Assembly: GCA_018970425.1 (NCBI GenBank)
Contig: JAGWWK010000001.1
Coordinates: 144,845-208,844 of the forward strand
DNA: 64,000 nt
Origin: Patescibacteria group bacterium
Lineage (GTDB): Bacteria > Patescibacteriota > Minisyncoccia > Phycocordibacterales > Phycocordibacteraceae
Direction: 5' to 3'
Shown here: one piece after another, positions 1 through 8,940 of the stretch
Numbering within the stretch: the first letter of the stretch is position 1
How the letters are laid out: each line of letters begins with the position of its first letter
Program-made: the position numbers and the translations under genes
The notes under the pieces: generated by a model
Told to the model about the DNA's origin: nothing
Seen by the model: only the letters and a program-made list of their open reading frames with translations
Databases searched by the model: none

Positions 1-901
1 GGTCTGCGAGCGTCACATCGTTGCCCAGCGATTTTGAAATTTTCTTACCGTCAATGGTCAGGAATTCATTATGCAGCCAGAATCGCGCATACGGTCGTGC
101 ATTTGCTGCTTCAGCTTGAGCCAGCTCATTATTGTGGTGGACCGCGATGTGATCAACGCCGCCGGTATGAATATCAAATGACTCTCCGAGATACTCTGTA
201 CTCATCGCAGTGCACTCAATGTGCCAACCGGGAAATCCCTTGCCCCACGGCGCGTCCCATCCGTTCTCGGGAGAAAATTTCCAAAGCGCAAAGTCGCGTG
301 GGTCGCGTTTACCCTCGATCACACCTATGCGTGAGTGCTCCGCAGATGCCGCTCCACCCAAGGTCCCATACTTCGGGAACGCGCGCGTATCAAAGTAGAT
401 ACCGTCAGGAAGCGGGTAGGCGTACCCCTTAGTAAGCAATTTTTCTATATAGGCGATCATTGTAGGCACATGCTCTGATGCACGCGGCATCGCAAAGGGC
501 GGGAGCACATTCAGCGCGCGCGCGTCCTCCTTGTACGCTTCGGCAAAGCGCCCCGCGAGAGCAAGCATATTTTCCATGGTTGGCGCGAGACCTTCTCGCC
601 TGAGTCCGATGAGCATTTTGTCTTCGCCCTGATCACCATCCCCCACAAGATGTCCGAAGTCCGTGATGTTCATGACTGAGCGTACGCGGTACCCGGCATA
701 TTCAAACACTCGCCGCACCAGATCCGGCACAATCAGAGCACGAAGATTCCCGATGTGCGGTACGTTGTAGACGGTCGGGCCGCACGAGTACATACTCACG
801 ACACCGCGCTGGAGCGGCTCAAATCGTTCAACTTTTTTTGTGAGTGTATTACTCAGCGAGATCCGCGACTCCTGCGCACGCCTAAACAGCCACCCAATCA
901 T
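1..901 (-). CDS. cysS: Cysteinyl-tRNA synthetase (5' part; runs off window edge)
   Basis: Manual translation from ATG at 901: MIGWLF...[18 protein letters not shown] (HIGH motif), later [23 protein letters not shown]. Confidence 0.95.
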   Translation of the reverse strand, partial: MIGWLFRRAQESRISLSNTLTKKVERFEPLQRGVVSMYSCGPTVYNVPHIGNLRALIVPDLVRRVFEYAGYRVRSVMNITDFGHLVGDGDQGEDKMLIGLRREGLAPTMENMLALAGRFAEAYKEDARALNVLPPFAMPRASEHVPTMIAYIEKLLTKGYAYPLPDGIYFDTRAFPKYGTLGGAASAEHSRIGVIEGKRDPRDFALWKFSPENGWDAPWGKGFPGWHIECTAMSTEYLGESFDIHTGGVDHIAVHHNNELAQAEAANARPYARFWLHNEFLTIDGKKISKSLGNDVTLAD

Positions 902-927
902 GGGTTAAGTATAACAAACGAGACTAC

Positions 928-1103
928 TTACAGCTGAGCGGCTAGCAAAATCAAAGATACCGCACCCACGAGAGCGACAACCTTGCTGAACTATTTGCCC
1001 ACTCCTGCGCCTCTTCAATGGTTTGAGGTGAGTCCTCTCCTATTTGTACCGCACCACTGTCTCTTTTGTACTTTTCGAATATCCTATCGCTCTCGCTGCT
1101 CAT
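928..1103 (-). pseudogene. Possible small membrane protein disrupted by a 1-nt frameshift
   Basis: ATG at 1103 gives MSSESDRIFEK...EWANSSA; the -1 frame continues KVVALVGAVSLILLAAQL* to TAA at 928. Confidence 0.3.
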
Positions 1104-1135
1104 TCAAGAGATATACCACAGAGTGCTGTGCGTCG

Positions 1136-2170
1136 CTACCAATTGAGGGCTCCACCAGTTTTGTACTCAGTGACGCGCGTTTCAAAGAAGTTCTTTTTCT
1201 TCGAGAGATCGATGGACTCACTCATCCACGGGAACGGATTCTGTACTCCGTACTGCGCGGGGAGGCCTACGCGCTCGAGGCGGCGATCGGCGATGTGCTT
1301 GATATAGTCCTCAAATCCTTGTGCGTTCAGACCAAAGATGCCCGTGGGAAATACCTCCTTAGCAAAGGTGTACTCGAGCTCGGTGGCTTTTCGTACATAG
1401 CCCACAATGCGATCCTGGAACTCACGCGTCCAAAGCTCGGGGTTTTCGAGCTTGAGATGGTTGATAATCTCAATGCCGAAATTGAGATGCATGCTCTCAT
1501 CGCGCATGATGTACTCAATCTGCTCCGCGCTTCCGACCAGCTTATTCTGACGCTTGAAGCCAAACACGACCGCGAACGATGAATAGAAGAAGATACCCTC
1601 CATGATGAGCGAGAAAACGCACCAGTTTTCCAAGAACTTCTGATCCGACGCGAAGTCGCCCGTCTTAAACGATCCGTCGAAAATTCCCTCATTGAAGCCA
1701 AGAATAAACTCTTCCTTGTTGAAGATCGCGTCTACCTCCCGGTACATATTAAAGATCTTGGATTCATCCATTGCCAAGGACTCTACGATGTACTGATACG
1801 CATGCGTATGTATCGCCTCTTCATATGCCTGACGGAGGAGGTACATCCGGATCTCCGGCGAGGTCACGTGTTTGTAAAAGCCCATCACCACGTTGTTTGC
1901 TGCTATCGAGTCCGCAGTCGTAAAGAAGCCGAGCACGGTTTCAAACGCGCGACGCTCATCAACTGACAGCCCGTTCGGACTCTTCCACAGCTCTATGTCG
2001 AGCTGCATTGAAATCTCAGTGGGTAGCCAGTGATTCTGATTCGCGCGGAGGTAATAGTCCCACGCGAAGGTGTGCCGCATCGGGTAGAGCTGGATCACGT
2101 CCGCCTCAAGACCGTTTATGATGCGGCGGTTGTTAATGTCGACCGGTCGGGCGTGTTTTTGAACGGGCAT
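1136..2170 (-). CDS. nrdB: Ribonucleotide reductase class Ia beta subunit
   Basis: Diiron motifs TADS, EEAIH, MEGIFF, RDESMH; radical Tyr in HTHAY; C-terminal NFFETRVTEY. Confidence 0.95.
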   Translation of the reverse strand: MPVQKHARPVDINNRRIINGLEADVIQLYPMRHTFAWDYYLRANQNHWLPTEISMQLDIELWKSPNGLSVDERRAFETVLGFFTTADSIAANNVVMGFYKHVTSPEIRMYLLRQAYEEAIHTHAYQYIVESLAMDESKIFNMYREVDAIFNKEEFILGFNEGIFDGSFKTGDFASDQKFLENWCVFSLIMEGIFFYSSFAVVFGFKRQNKLVGSAEQIEYIMRDESMHLNFGIEIINHLKLENPELWTREFQDRIVGYVRKATELEYTFAKEVFPTGIFGLNAQGFEDYIKHIADRRLERVGLPAQYGVQNPFPWMSESIDLSKKKNFFETRVTEYKTGGALNW

Positions 2171-2213
2171 ATGTTGATGCTAGTACTTGTAATGGACTCA
2201 GACGCGGAGCGAA

Positions 2214-5054
2214 CTACTGACAACTTTCACAGGTTACTTCAGGTGCTTTATGGAGTGTGTACTGTCGCGGAGCGGAATTCTGCTGAGCTACCGTTGGGGC
2301 GGGAATATTCAGCTGCTGTGGCTCCGGCGCGACCGATTCAGAGGGCCCGGCGTCTCGGGTATGCGTTGATCCGTAGGTTTGTGTCGACACCGTAGACTTC
2401 TCTACCTGCGTAGCGGCAAGCGTTCGAAGGTAGTACGTAGTCTTTAGTCCCATCTTCCATGCGTACATATACACCTCAGAAAGCTCTCTTCCGGAGGAAC
2501 CGCGGAAGAATATATTGAGCGACTGAGACTGATCGATCCACTTTGCGCGGTACGCCGCTGCTCGCACAAGCCAGCGCATATCTATCTCAAACACTTCTTT
2601 GTACTTATTCTTGAGATGCTCCGGAATGCCAGCAATGCGGGCTATAGATCCGTCATGATATTTGAGCTCATTGAGCACGCTGTCGTTCCAGAGACCAATC
2701 TTCTTTAGATCTTCTACAAGGTATGGATTCACCACGGTAAAGTCGCCGCTGATGTTTGACTCTACATAGATGTTCTTGTAAATCGGCTCGATAGACGGTA
2801 CAGCGCTCACGATATTCGAGGTAGAGGCAGTAGGCGCGACCGCCATGCAGTTTGAATTGCGCATACCGAACTGCTTAATTGCTTCACGTACCACGGACCA
2901 ATCAAGCGTTGAGTCTCGGGATACTTCAATCGTTTCGCCACGCTCTGCCTCAAGGAGTGCGAGCGTATCAAGTGGCAGAAGTCCGCGATCCCACTTAGAC
3001 CCCGCGAAGCTCTCGTATCGTCCGCGCTCTTTGGCCAAAGCCACGGACGCAAGAATTGCGTAGTACGAGATGAGCTCCATCGAGGTATCCGCAAACTGGA
3101 CACAGCGTTCCGACGCAAAGTCGATATCAAGCTGGTACAGCGCATCCTGAAATCCTCCAACACCGAGACCTACGGGACGATGACGCATGTTAGACGCGCG
3201 CGCCTCCTTAGTCGGATAGAAATTGATATCGATCACATTGTCGAGCATGCGCATTCCCACGGAGACAGTGTCCTTCACTCGCTCGCGGTCAAACTGCCCA
3301 CCGGTTACATGTCGCGCGAAATTCACCCAGCCCAAGTTACAGACTGCCGTTTCATCCTTCGAGGTATTCAAGGTAATTTCCGTACACAGGTTTGAATTGT
3401 GAATGACACCAGCGTGGTCTTGGGGTGAGCGAATATTTGACGGATCCTTAAAGGTGATCCACGGGTGCCCAGTTTCGTAGAGCATACCAAGCATCTTCTT
3501 CCACAGATCGGCCGCCTTCATGCGCTTGAAGGTCTTGATCTCACCGCGATCAGCCATCTGCTCGTAACGGGCGTAGATTTCCTCAAATTTTTTGCCGTAC
3601 GTTTCAGTGAGTTCCGGACATTCATCAGGACTAAAGAGCGTCCATTGTCCATCCTCTCTCACGCGCTTCATGAGAAGGTCAGGTATCCAGTTTGCGGTGT
3701 TCATATCGTGCGTGCGTCTACGCTCATCGCCGGTATTCTTGCGGAGCTCGAGGAAATCTTCAACATCGTAGTGCCACGCCTCGAGGTACACCGCGGTCGC
3801 GCCACGGCGTCGGCCCGAGCGGTTAATAGCAACCGTTACATCGTTCGCAATCTTCAAAAACGGTATAACGCCTTGCGAGCTAATACCTGCCTTCTTGATG
3901 CGTGCGCCTGTCGCTCGGAGCTTGGACCATGCGGTACCAATGCCCCCTGCCCACTTGGCAAGCTGCGCATTGTCGCCATATACCTTGAAAATATGATCAA
4001 GGTCGTCCTCGACCACGTTCAGGTAACAGCTTGAGAGCTGCGGGTGCGGGAGGCCTGCATGGAAGAGAGTCGGCGTCGATGGGACGAAGCGGAGCGACGA
4101 GATAACATCGTAGAACTTGAGCGCCCATTCCTCGCGAGAATCTTTCTCTGCGAGCGCGACACCGAGTGCGACACGCATCCAAAATTGCTGTGGTGCCTCG
4201 AGATGTTCCTTGTTTTTTGGATCCTTAACAAAGTACCGGTCCTCAAGGGTTGCTACGCCCAAGTAGCGGAGCAAGTGATCACGCGACGGGTCGATAGCCG
4301 CCGCAACACGCTCGAGGTCAAATGTGAGAAGTCTCTCATCATAGAGCTTTGCCTCGACGCCGCGTTTAATATTTTCAACAAACGACGCTCGGTACGCGGC
4401 CACAAAATCTGGTGAGGAAAGCGGCGCAGTAGTCCGCAAGGCGTGGCGGTAAATACCCGCGAGCGTCAGCTGGGCGGCAAGCTGTGAGTAGGCCGGGTCG
4501 CGCTCGATCATTGAGCGCACCACCATGACGAGTGTGCGTTCAAGCTCCGCGGCAGTGATGCCGTCATAGAGCTCGCGCTCAACTTGCGCAATGACCGCAC
4601 GTACATCCACCTGCGGTCTACTCTCATCGGTCAATGCGTCTTCAATCAAGCGACGTACTCGATCGATTGAAAAAATCTCTTTGGAACCATCGCGATTCGT
4701 GATAATGAGGCCACGCTCTTCAATTTTCTCGAGCACCTCCTGTACTGCCTCTTCACGCATCTTTGCATGCTCGTAGCGATAAATGATGTAGGACTTCGCA
4801 ACATCAAAATATCCTCGCGTCATGAGTGCGCGCTCAACTAAGTCTTGAATCTCCTCTACATTCGGAAAATTCACGGATCCACCGTATCGCGCGGCGAGTA
4901 AATCAGTAACATGCACCGCTATAGAAGCTGCCTCGTCGCTCTTTTTATCGCGCACCACTTCAAGAAACGCTTTCTCTATCGCTTTTACAATTTTTGCCTG
5001 ATCGAAGTCGACAATAGAACCGTTTCGCTTCTTGATTTTTTGTAGTGCACTCAT
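2214..5054 (-). CDS. nrdA: Ribonucleotide reductase class Ia alpha subunit with two N-terminal ATP-cones
   Basis: PSTPT, SSCYL, SNLCTEI, APTAS, KTTYY, C-terminal CESCQ; cone starts IKKRNG and ITNRDG. Confidence 0.95.
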   Translation of the reverse strand: MSALQKIKKRNGSIVDFDQAKIVKAIEKAFLEVVRDKKSDEAASIAVHVTDLLAARYGGSVNFPNVEEIQDLVERALMTRGYFDVAKSYIIYRYEHAKMREEAVQEVLEKIEERGLIITNRDGSKEIFSIDRVRRLIEDALTDESRPQVDVRAVIAQVERELYDGITAAELERTLVMVVRSMIERDPAYSQLAAQLTLAGIYRHALRTTAPLSSPDFVAAYRASFVENIKRGVEAKLYDERLLTFDLERVAAAIDPSRDHLLRYLGVATLEDRYFVKDPKNKEHLEAPQQFWMRVALGVALAEKDSREEWALKFYDVISSLRFVPSTPTLFHAGLPHPQLSSCYLNVVEDDLDHIFKVYGDNAQLAKWAGGIGTAWSKLRATGARIKKAGISSQGVIPFLKIANDVTVAINRSGRRRGATAVYLEAWHYDVEDFLELRKNTGDERRRTHDMNTANWIPDLLMKRVREDGQWTLFSPDECPELTETYGKKFEEIYARYEQMADRGEIKTFKRMKAADLWKKMLGMLYETGHPWITFKDPSNIRSPQDHAGVIHNSNLCTEITLNTSKDETAVCNLGWVNFARHVTGGQFDRERVKDTVSVGMRMLDNVIDINFYPTKEARASNMRHRPVGLGVGGFQDALYQLDIDFASERCVQFADTSMELISYYAILASVALAKERGRYESFAGSKWDRGLLPLDTLALLEAERGETIEVSRDSTLDWSVVREAIKQFGMRNSNCMAVAPTASTSNIVSAVPSIEPIYKNIYVESNISGDFTVVNPYLVEDLKKIGLWNDSVLNELKYHDGSIARIAGIPEHLKNKYKEVFEIDMRWLVRAAAYRAKWIDQSQSLNIFFRGSSGRELSEVYMYAWKMGLKTTYYLRTLAATQVEKSTVSTQTYGSTHTRDAGPSESVAPEPQQLNIPAPTVAQQNSAPRQYTLHKAPEVTCESCQ

Positions 5055-5114
5055 AGGTCATCGCATTGTACCCCCTACCCTCACGGGTACAAAAAATGCG
5101 GTGTTCGCACCGCG

Positions 5115-5123
5115 TGTGGATAA
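5115..5123 (-). promoter_or_regulatory. Perfect DnaA box upstream of nrdAB
   Basis: TGTGGATAA on + strand = TTATCCACA on - strand, ~60 bp upstream of the nrdA start. Confidence 0.55.
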
Positions 5124-5161
5124 CTGTCAGGTGCCACAAATCGCACCCCTGTAAAGACCGC

Positions 5162-6175
5162 CTATGGCGCGAGCGAGCCCTCTTCTTGACTCGCCGAGTA
5201 CCCTGCCGCATCCGCCGCGCGCGCTAGTGAGAGTCGCTCAAGGAAAATAGACTGTGCCTCGTCTACATTTTCAGGATTTCCTGCCCAGCGGTCGAGTACT
5301 GGCTCCTGGAGCGCGCGCGCAAATGAGAACGTAATGTCCCACGGGAGAGGCTCAAGGCGCGCGATCGCGTTTAAATTTGCGGTCGCCTCCTCTGGAGACT
5401 GCCCCCCAGAGAGAAAGACAATCCCTCCCATCTCTTCAGGTACCGCGGATGTTAGTGCGCGAACAGTGCGGTCTGCAACTTCTGACGCAGTGGCTCGGAC
5501 GCTTGCGTTTGAGCCAGACACTGCCATCGCGGTCTTTAAAATGACATGCGAGAGGTCGATATCACGAGCATGAAGAGCGTCAATAACTGTCGCCACGGTC
5601 TCGGTAATAGTACGCTCGGCATCTTCCGCGCTATGAGCCCCCTCCATAAGTACCTCCGGCTCTACAATCGGAACCATTCCCTCGGCCAATGCCTCCTCTG
5701 CATACACAGCGAGCCGTGATGCGTTTTCTCTCACATGCGGAGCTCCAGGCTGCGTACCAACTGCCGCTACAGCTCGCCACTTCGTAAAACGTGCGCCAAG
5801 CGCCTTATACTCAACGAGGCGCTTTCGAAGTCCATCAAGACCCAAGGTGACCAATCCGCCAAACTGCGGGTCATGTGCCATACCTAGATCAACCTTAATA
5901 CCTGGAAACACGCCGCGCGAAAAGAGGTACTCGGGGTACGGTGTTCCATGAGCGATCGTGTCGCGGATCGTTTCGTCATAGAGAATAACTCCCGAGAGGT
6001 ATTCCTCCATTCCCGGTGTCGTCATGAGGAGTTCTCGGTAGGCGCGGCGCATGGCTTCAGTCGGCGAAATACCTCGCGCCTCAAAGCGCTCGGTGATAGT
6101 CTTGGTCGATTCATCAGCCGCAAGAATGCCTTTTCCTTGGCGCATCAGGTGCCTTACAGTATCATGCGCTTTCAT
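5162..6175 (-). CDS. fba: Fructose-bisphosphate aldolase class I
   Basis: GKGILAADES, GIKVD, KWR, PIVEPEV, Schiff-base Lys in ILKTAM, FLSGGQS, FSFARALQ. Confidence 0.93.
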   Translation of the reverse strand: MKAHDTVRHLMRQGKGILAADESTKTITERFEARGISPTEAMRRAYRELLMTTPGMEEYLSGVILYDETIRDTIAHGTPYPEYLFSRGVFPGIKVDLGMAHDPQFGGLVTLGLDGLRKRLVEYKALGARFTKWRAVAAVGTQPGAPHVRENASRLAVYAEEALAEGMVPIVEPEVLMEGAHSAEDAERTITETVATVIDALHARDIDLSHVILKTAMAVSGSNASVRATASEVADRTVRALTSAVPEEMGGIVFLSGGQSPEEATANLNAIARLEPLPWDITFSFARALQEPVLDRWAGNPENVDEAQSIFLERLSLARAADAAGYSASQEEGSLAP

Positions 6176-6210
6176 ACTGATACGGTATCGTCTTTACTCG
6201 GGTCTGGCAA

Positions 6211-6711
6211 TCATCGAACGGGAATACCTTGAAGTGCCGCAGTCACTGCGGCATGAATATCGCTCTCATTTTCACTCGTAAGACGTATGAGTGGGAGCTG
6301 AGTTCGCTCGGCAAGGAGCGCGACGCGTGGAGACTCGCTATACGCGACCAAAGCTCGCGGCATACAGGTACCGCGCTCGCAAACGAGCGCGTCAACGGTA
6401 ATACTCTGAAGAACTGCGCGTGCTTCATGGTCAGTGGCACCGCGCGTTCCGCGCACAAAGTCTGCCGCATGCGCGTGCGGCACGATGAAGGAGTTCTCTA
6501 GGACTCGCTCAAGTGCCGTAAGACGCGCGTATTCCGCGCGGGACACAAGGGGGACACAGGTCAGCGTGAGCCTCGCAAGCGGATCCCCGCCCTCTATGAG
6601 GACACGCCGGAGTATGATCCACAGTGCCGCGATCGCAAGCGCTATGAGAAGCGCAAGAATAACCTCGGAGAGAACGGGCATATCAGCGCGAAACAGGGAC
6701 AAGGAGTTCAT
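6211..6711 (-). CDS. Membrane-anchored DUF2726-like protein
   Basis: N-terminal TM helix; LVSRAE...VDALVC...LPLIR pattern resembles DUF2726. Confidence 0.55.
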   Translation of the reverse strand: MNSLSLFRADMPVLSEVILALLIALAIAALWIILRRVLIEGGDPLARLTLTCVPLVSRAEYARLTALERVLENSFIVPHAHAADFVRGTRGATDHEARAVLQSITVDALVCERGTCMPRALVAYSESPRVALLAERTQLPLIRLTSENESDIHAAVTAALQGIPVR

Positions 6712-7369
6712 TCCTCCTCAAAAATGGCGGAGTCCATGGCGGGTTGTAGTATGCCGCTTCAGGTGCATCGAGCGCAGTGAAACCGTCTCTCGACACGTCA
6801 GTGAGGAATGCCTGCTTGAGCGCAGTAATTTCTTCTTCTCGCATTCCTGTAGAAAAGCGGCGGGCAGCGACCAAGCGCTCTGGTACCGCGCGCAGTGTCA
6901 CGCGAGTATCGGTGGGTATCGGCAGTGTCTCTAGCGTGTACGCACTAGGCATCACAAACGAAACGCGTCTGGCGCCCGAGAGACTCTCCTCCATAACTGG
7001 AGCGGTCATGTCTATCGACTCGCGTTCGGCAACTGGAACAGTCATCTTAATCGTCTCTCCGCTCATCCCAACAGGTGCAGTCATCGGTACACTTTCCCGT
7101 TTAGTGTTACCGCCAAAAATGTACCCCGCCAAGCGCTGAAAACCTTCATTCATGGCAGTACGGTACGCACCCTCTACAACTGTTTCCGCCACGATATGCG
7201 GAGCGTAGCGACGGACCTCGTAGCCAGACCGTGTTTCAACTACCGTATATGCGGGCTCTTCTATCCCGCGTACGGCCAAAAGGCCGTACGCAATCCACGC
7301 TATGAGAACAACGAACGCGATTACTGCGAGCCACAAGACCGGATATGCCTTGAGGAGAGCTACGTCCAT
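6683..7369 (-). CDS. SOUL heme-binding family protein
   Basis: EEPAYTV, YEVRRY, GFQRLAGYIFGGN, MTAPV (repeated), FVMP, YNPPWTPPFLRRNE. Confidence 0.9.
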   Translation of the reverse strand: MDVALLKAYPVLWLAVIAFVVLIAWIAYGLLAVRGIEEPAYTVVETRSGYEVRRYAPHIVAETVVEGAYRTAMNEGFQRLAGYIFGGNTKRESVPMTAPVGMSGETIKMTVPVAERESIDMTAPVMEESLSGARRVSFVMPSAYTLETLPIPTDTRVTLRAVPERLVAARRFSTGMREEEITALKQAFLTDVSRDGFTALDAPEAAYYNPPWTPPFLRRNELLVPVSR

Positions 7370-7371
7370 AC

Positions 7372-8097
7372 TTAGCGTGAGACCGTGGCGCGGAGCGTCT
7401 TGAGCGCGGTATCAAATGATGTCTTAAATGTTTCTCCTGCGGCTCGTACGGACGCGTCTCGCGTTTTTCGGAGTGCTTCAAGCTCAGCGCGCATGTCGCG
7501 CTTTTCCGTCACCGCGCTCTTAAATGTCTCTTGCGCTGACAGTACTGACGCGCGAAATGTATCTCGAATGGTATCGGGGCGTACGTTCGCTGCGCAGTCT
7601 GTTCGTGCTTTAGTGAGCGCGGTATCAAGCGAACTCTTGAGCGTCGCGCGCGCCGCGGCAACCGTTGCCTCTCGTCCTCCGATAAGCGCCTGCGCATCGG
7701 TGCGGAACTTTTCAAGCGCCGCGGTAACTTGACGGTCGCGCTCTCCGAGCGCCGTACTCACGGATGTTTTAAATGCTTCAAATGCCGCCTTTTCTTCAGA
7801 GGTCGTTGCGCGAGCACCGATGCGCTCCATACGCGCAGTAATTGTCTCGGTGCGCTCAAGGATCCGCGCGTCACGTCGCTCCTCTATAGCAGCGACGCGC
7901 TTGTCGATACTCTCGCGCGTCTCGCGCGCGCGACCATCTACGAGCGCGGCAAGTCGTGTTGCCTGCTGATCAAGCGTTGAACAAAATGTGGCTCGAGCCG
8001 CGCGCATAGGGCGTACCTCCTCCGCGAGTGCGATTGTCGGGATGAGGGTCGCAGTAATAAGCGCCGAAGCGATGATTTTAGAGTGAAGTTGGATCAT
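7372..8097 (-). CDS. Secreted alpha-helical/coiled-coil hypothetical protein
   Basis: Signal peptide MIQLHSK...IALA followed by Ala/Arg/Glu-rich helices and two Cys; start reassigned to ATG 8097. Confidence 0.7.
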   Translation of the reverse strand: MIQLHSKIIASALITATLIPTIALAEEVRPMRAARATFCSTLDQQATRLAALVDGRARETRESIDKRVAAIEERRDARILERTETITARMERIGARATTSEEKAAFEAFKTSVSTALGERDRQVTAALEKFRTDAQALIGGREATVAAARATLKSSLDTALTKARTDCAANVRPDTIRDTFRASVLSAQETFKSAVTEKRDMRAELEALRKTRDASVRAAGETFKTSFDTALKTLRATVSR

Positions 8098-8350
8098 ATG
8101 TTTGTGGAGTTTGAGTTGTAGCTTCAATTTCGCGCATAGTGGCGTCGGTCTCAGCGTCAATACTCATGACATCGTCAGCTAGCGCCGCGAGATCCGCTTC
8201 GATTGCCGACACAACACCCTCGAGCGTGCCTGCCTCAGTAGCGGCTTCAGGCTGTGGCCCGGTTGGTGTCGCGGTTAGTAAATAATAGGCCGCTCCCGCG
8301 ATAGCGATGACGGCAACGAAAGATACGATGGTTTTAGTTGAAGTGTCCAT
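8078..8350 (-). CDS. Small membrane-anchored acidic hypothetical protein
   Basis: MDTSTKTIVSFVAVIAIAGAAYYLL TM anchor, then acidic tail. Confidence 0.65.
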   Translation of the reverse strand: MDTSTKTIVSFVAVIAIAGAAYYLLTATPTGPQPEAATEAGTLEGVVSAIEADLAALADDVMSIDAETDATMREIEATTQTPQTYDPTSL

Positions 8351-8382
8351 GGTTCTGCTAAATACTAACGGGGAGTCCCCAC

Positions 8383-8940
8383 CTACAGTATATCCTCCGC
8401 ATGTGTCGGCGGAGGTAAAAATGATTGTATGAGTGCACAACGCTCCTCCATGGGCAAAACGGGGATATGCGTCGTTGGAAACGGAAGCTCATCATAGACC
8501 TCGTGTATGAGATGGCAGATCTCAAGTTGCTCCGCTCGAGACTCAACGCGAGCATGATCGGTCGTCATTGGCAGCGGGTCAAGAAGAAAAACACGCTCGT
8601 ATGAGGCATGATGTATCGCTTCGGTAAGTGCGGGGTCTTCAGGAATCCCGTGGAAACGGTAGTACGCGCGGATGTCCGGTATGCCACGATCGAAAATCAC
8701 CACTCCCGGTGGAGCGGCACGCTCGGCGTCCTCTTGGCGGCACAACACCTCGGTCTGGAACGCGCGCGGGTCGCTCTGTATTCTCTCGAGTGAGCGTCCA
8801 TGAGCTAATTCAGCTTCTATATGCGCGCGAGCCGTCTCCGAAACGACAGCGTACCCGCGCTTCGCGAGCATAGTGAGCATCGTAGTTTTACCCGTGGCAG
8901 GACCGCCGCTTAGTACAAACCAGTGTTTCATATCGTTCAT
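8383..8940 (-). CDS. AAA_28 (NadR/Ttd14-like) P-loop ATPase/kinase
   Basis: SGGPATGKTT Walker A, ETAR, IFDRG. Confidence 0.8.
   Translation of the reverse strand: MNDMKHWFVLSGGPATGKTTMLTMLAKRGYAVVSETARAHIEAELAHGRSLERIQSDPRAFQTEVLCRQEDAERAAPPGVVIFDRGIPDIRAYYRFHGIPEDPALTEAIHHASYERVFLLDPLPMTTDHARVESRAEQLEICHLIHEVYDELPFPTTHIPVLPMEERCALIQSFLPPPTHAEDIL

Noticed and set aside
1136-2170. Possible class Ic (Mn/Fe, Chlamydia-like) NrdB
   Set aside because: It retains Asp as first ligand (TADS) and the radical Tyr (HTHAY), so it is canonical class Ia.
2214-5054. Intein or intron in nrdA (also checked dnaE, rpoB, rpoC)
   Set aside because: The extra length is explained by a second ATP-cone and a C-terminal linker; no splicing motifs seen.
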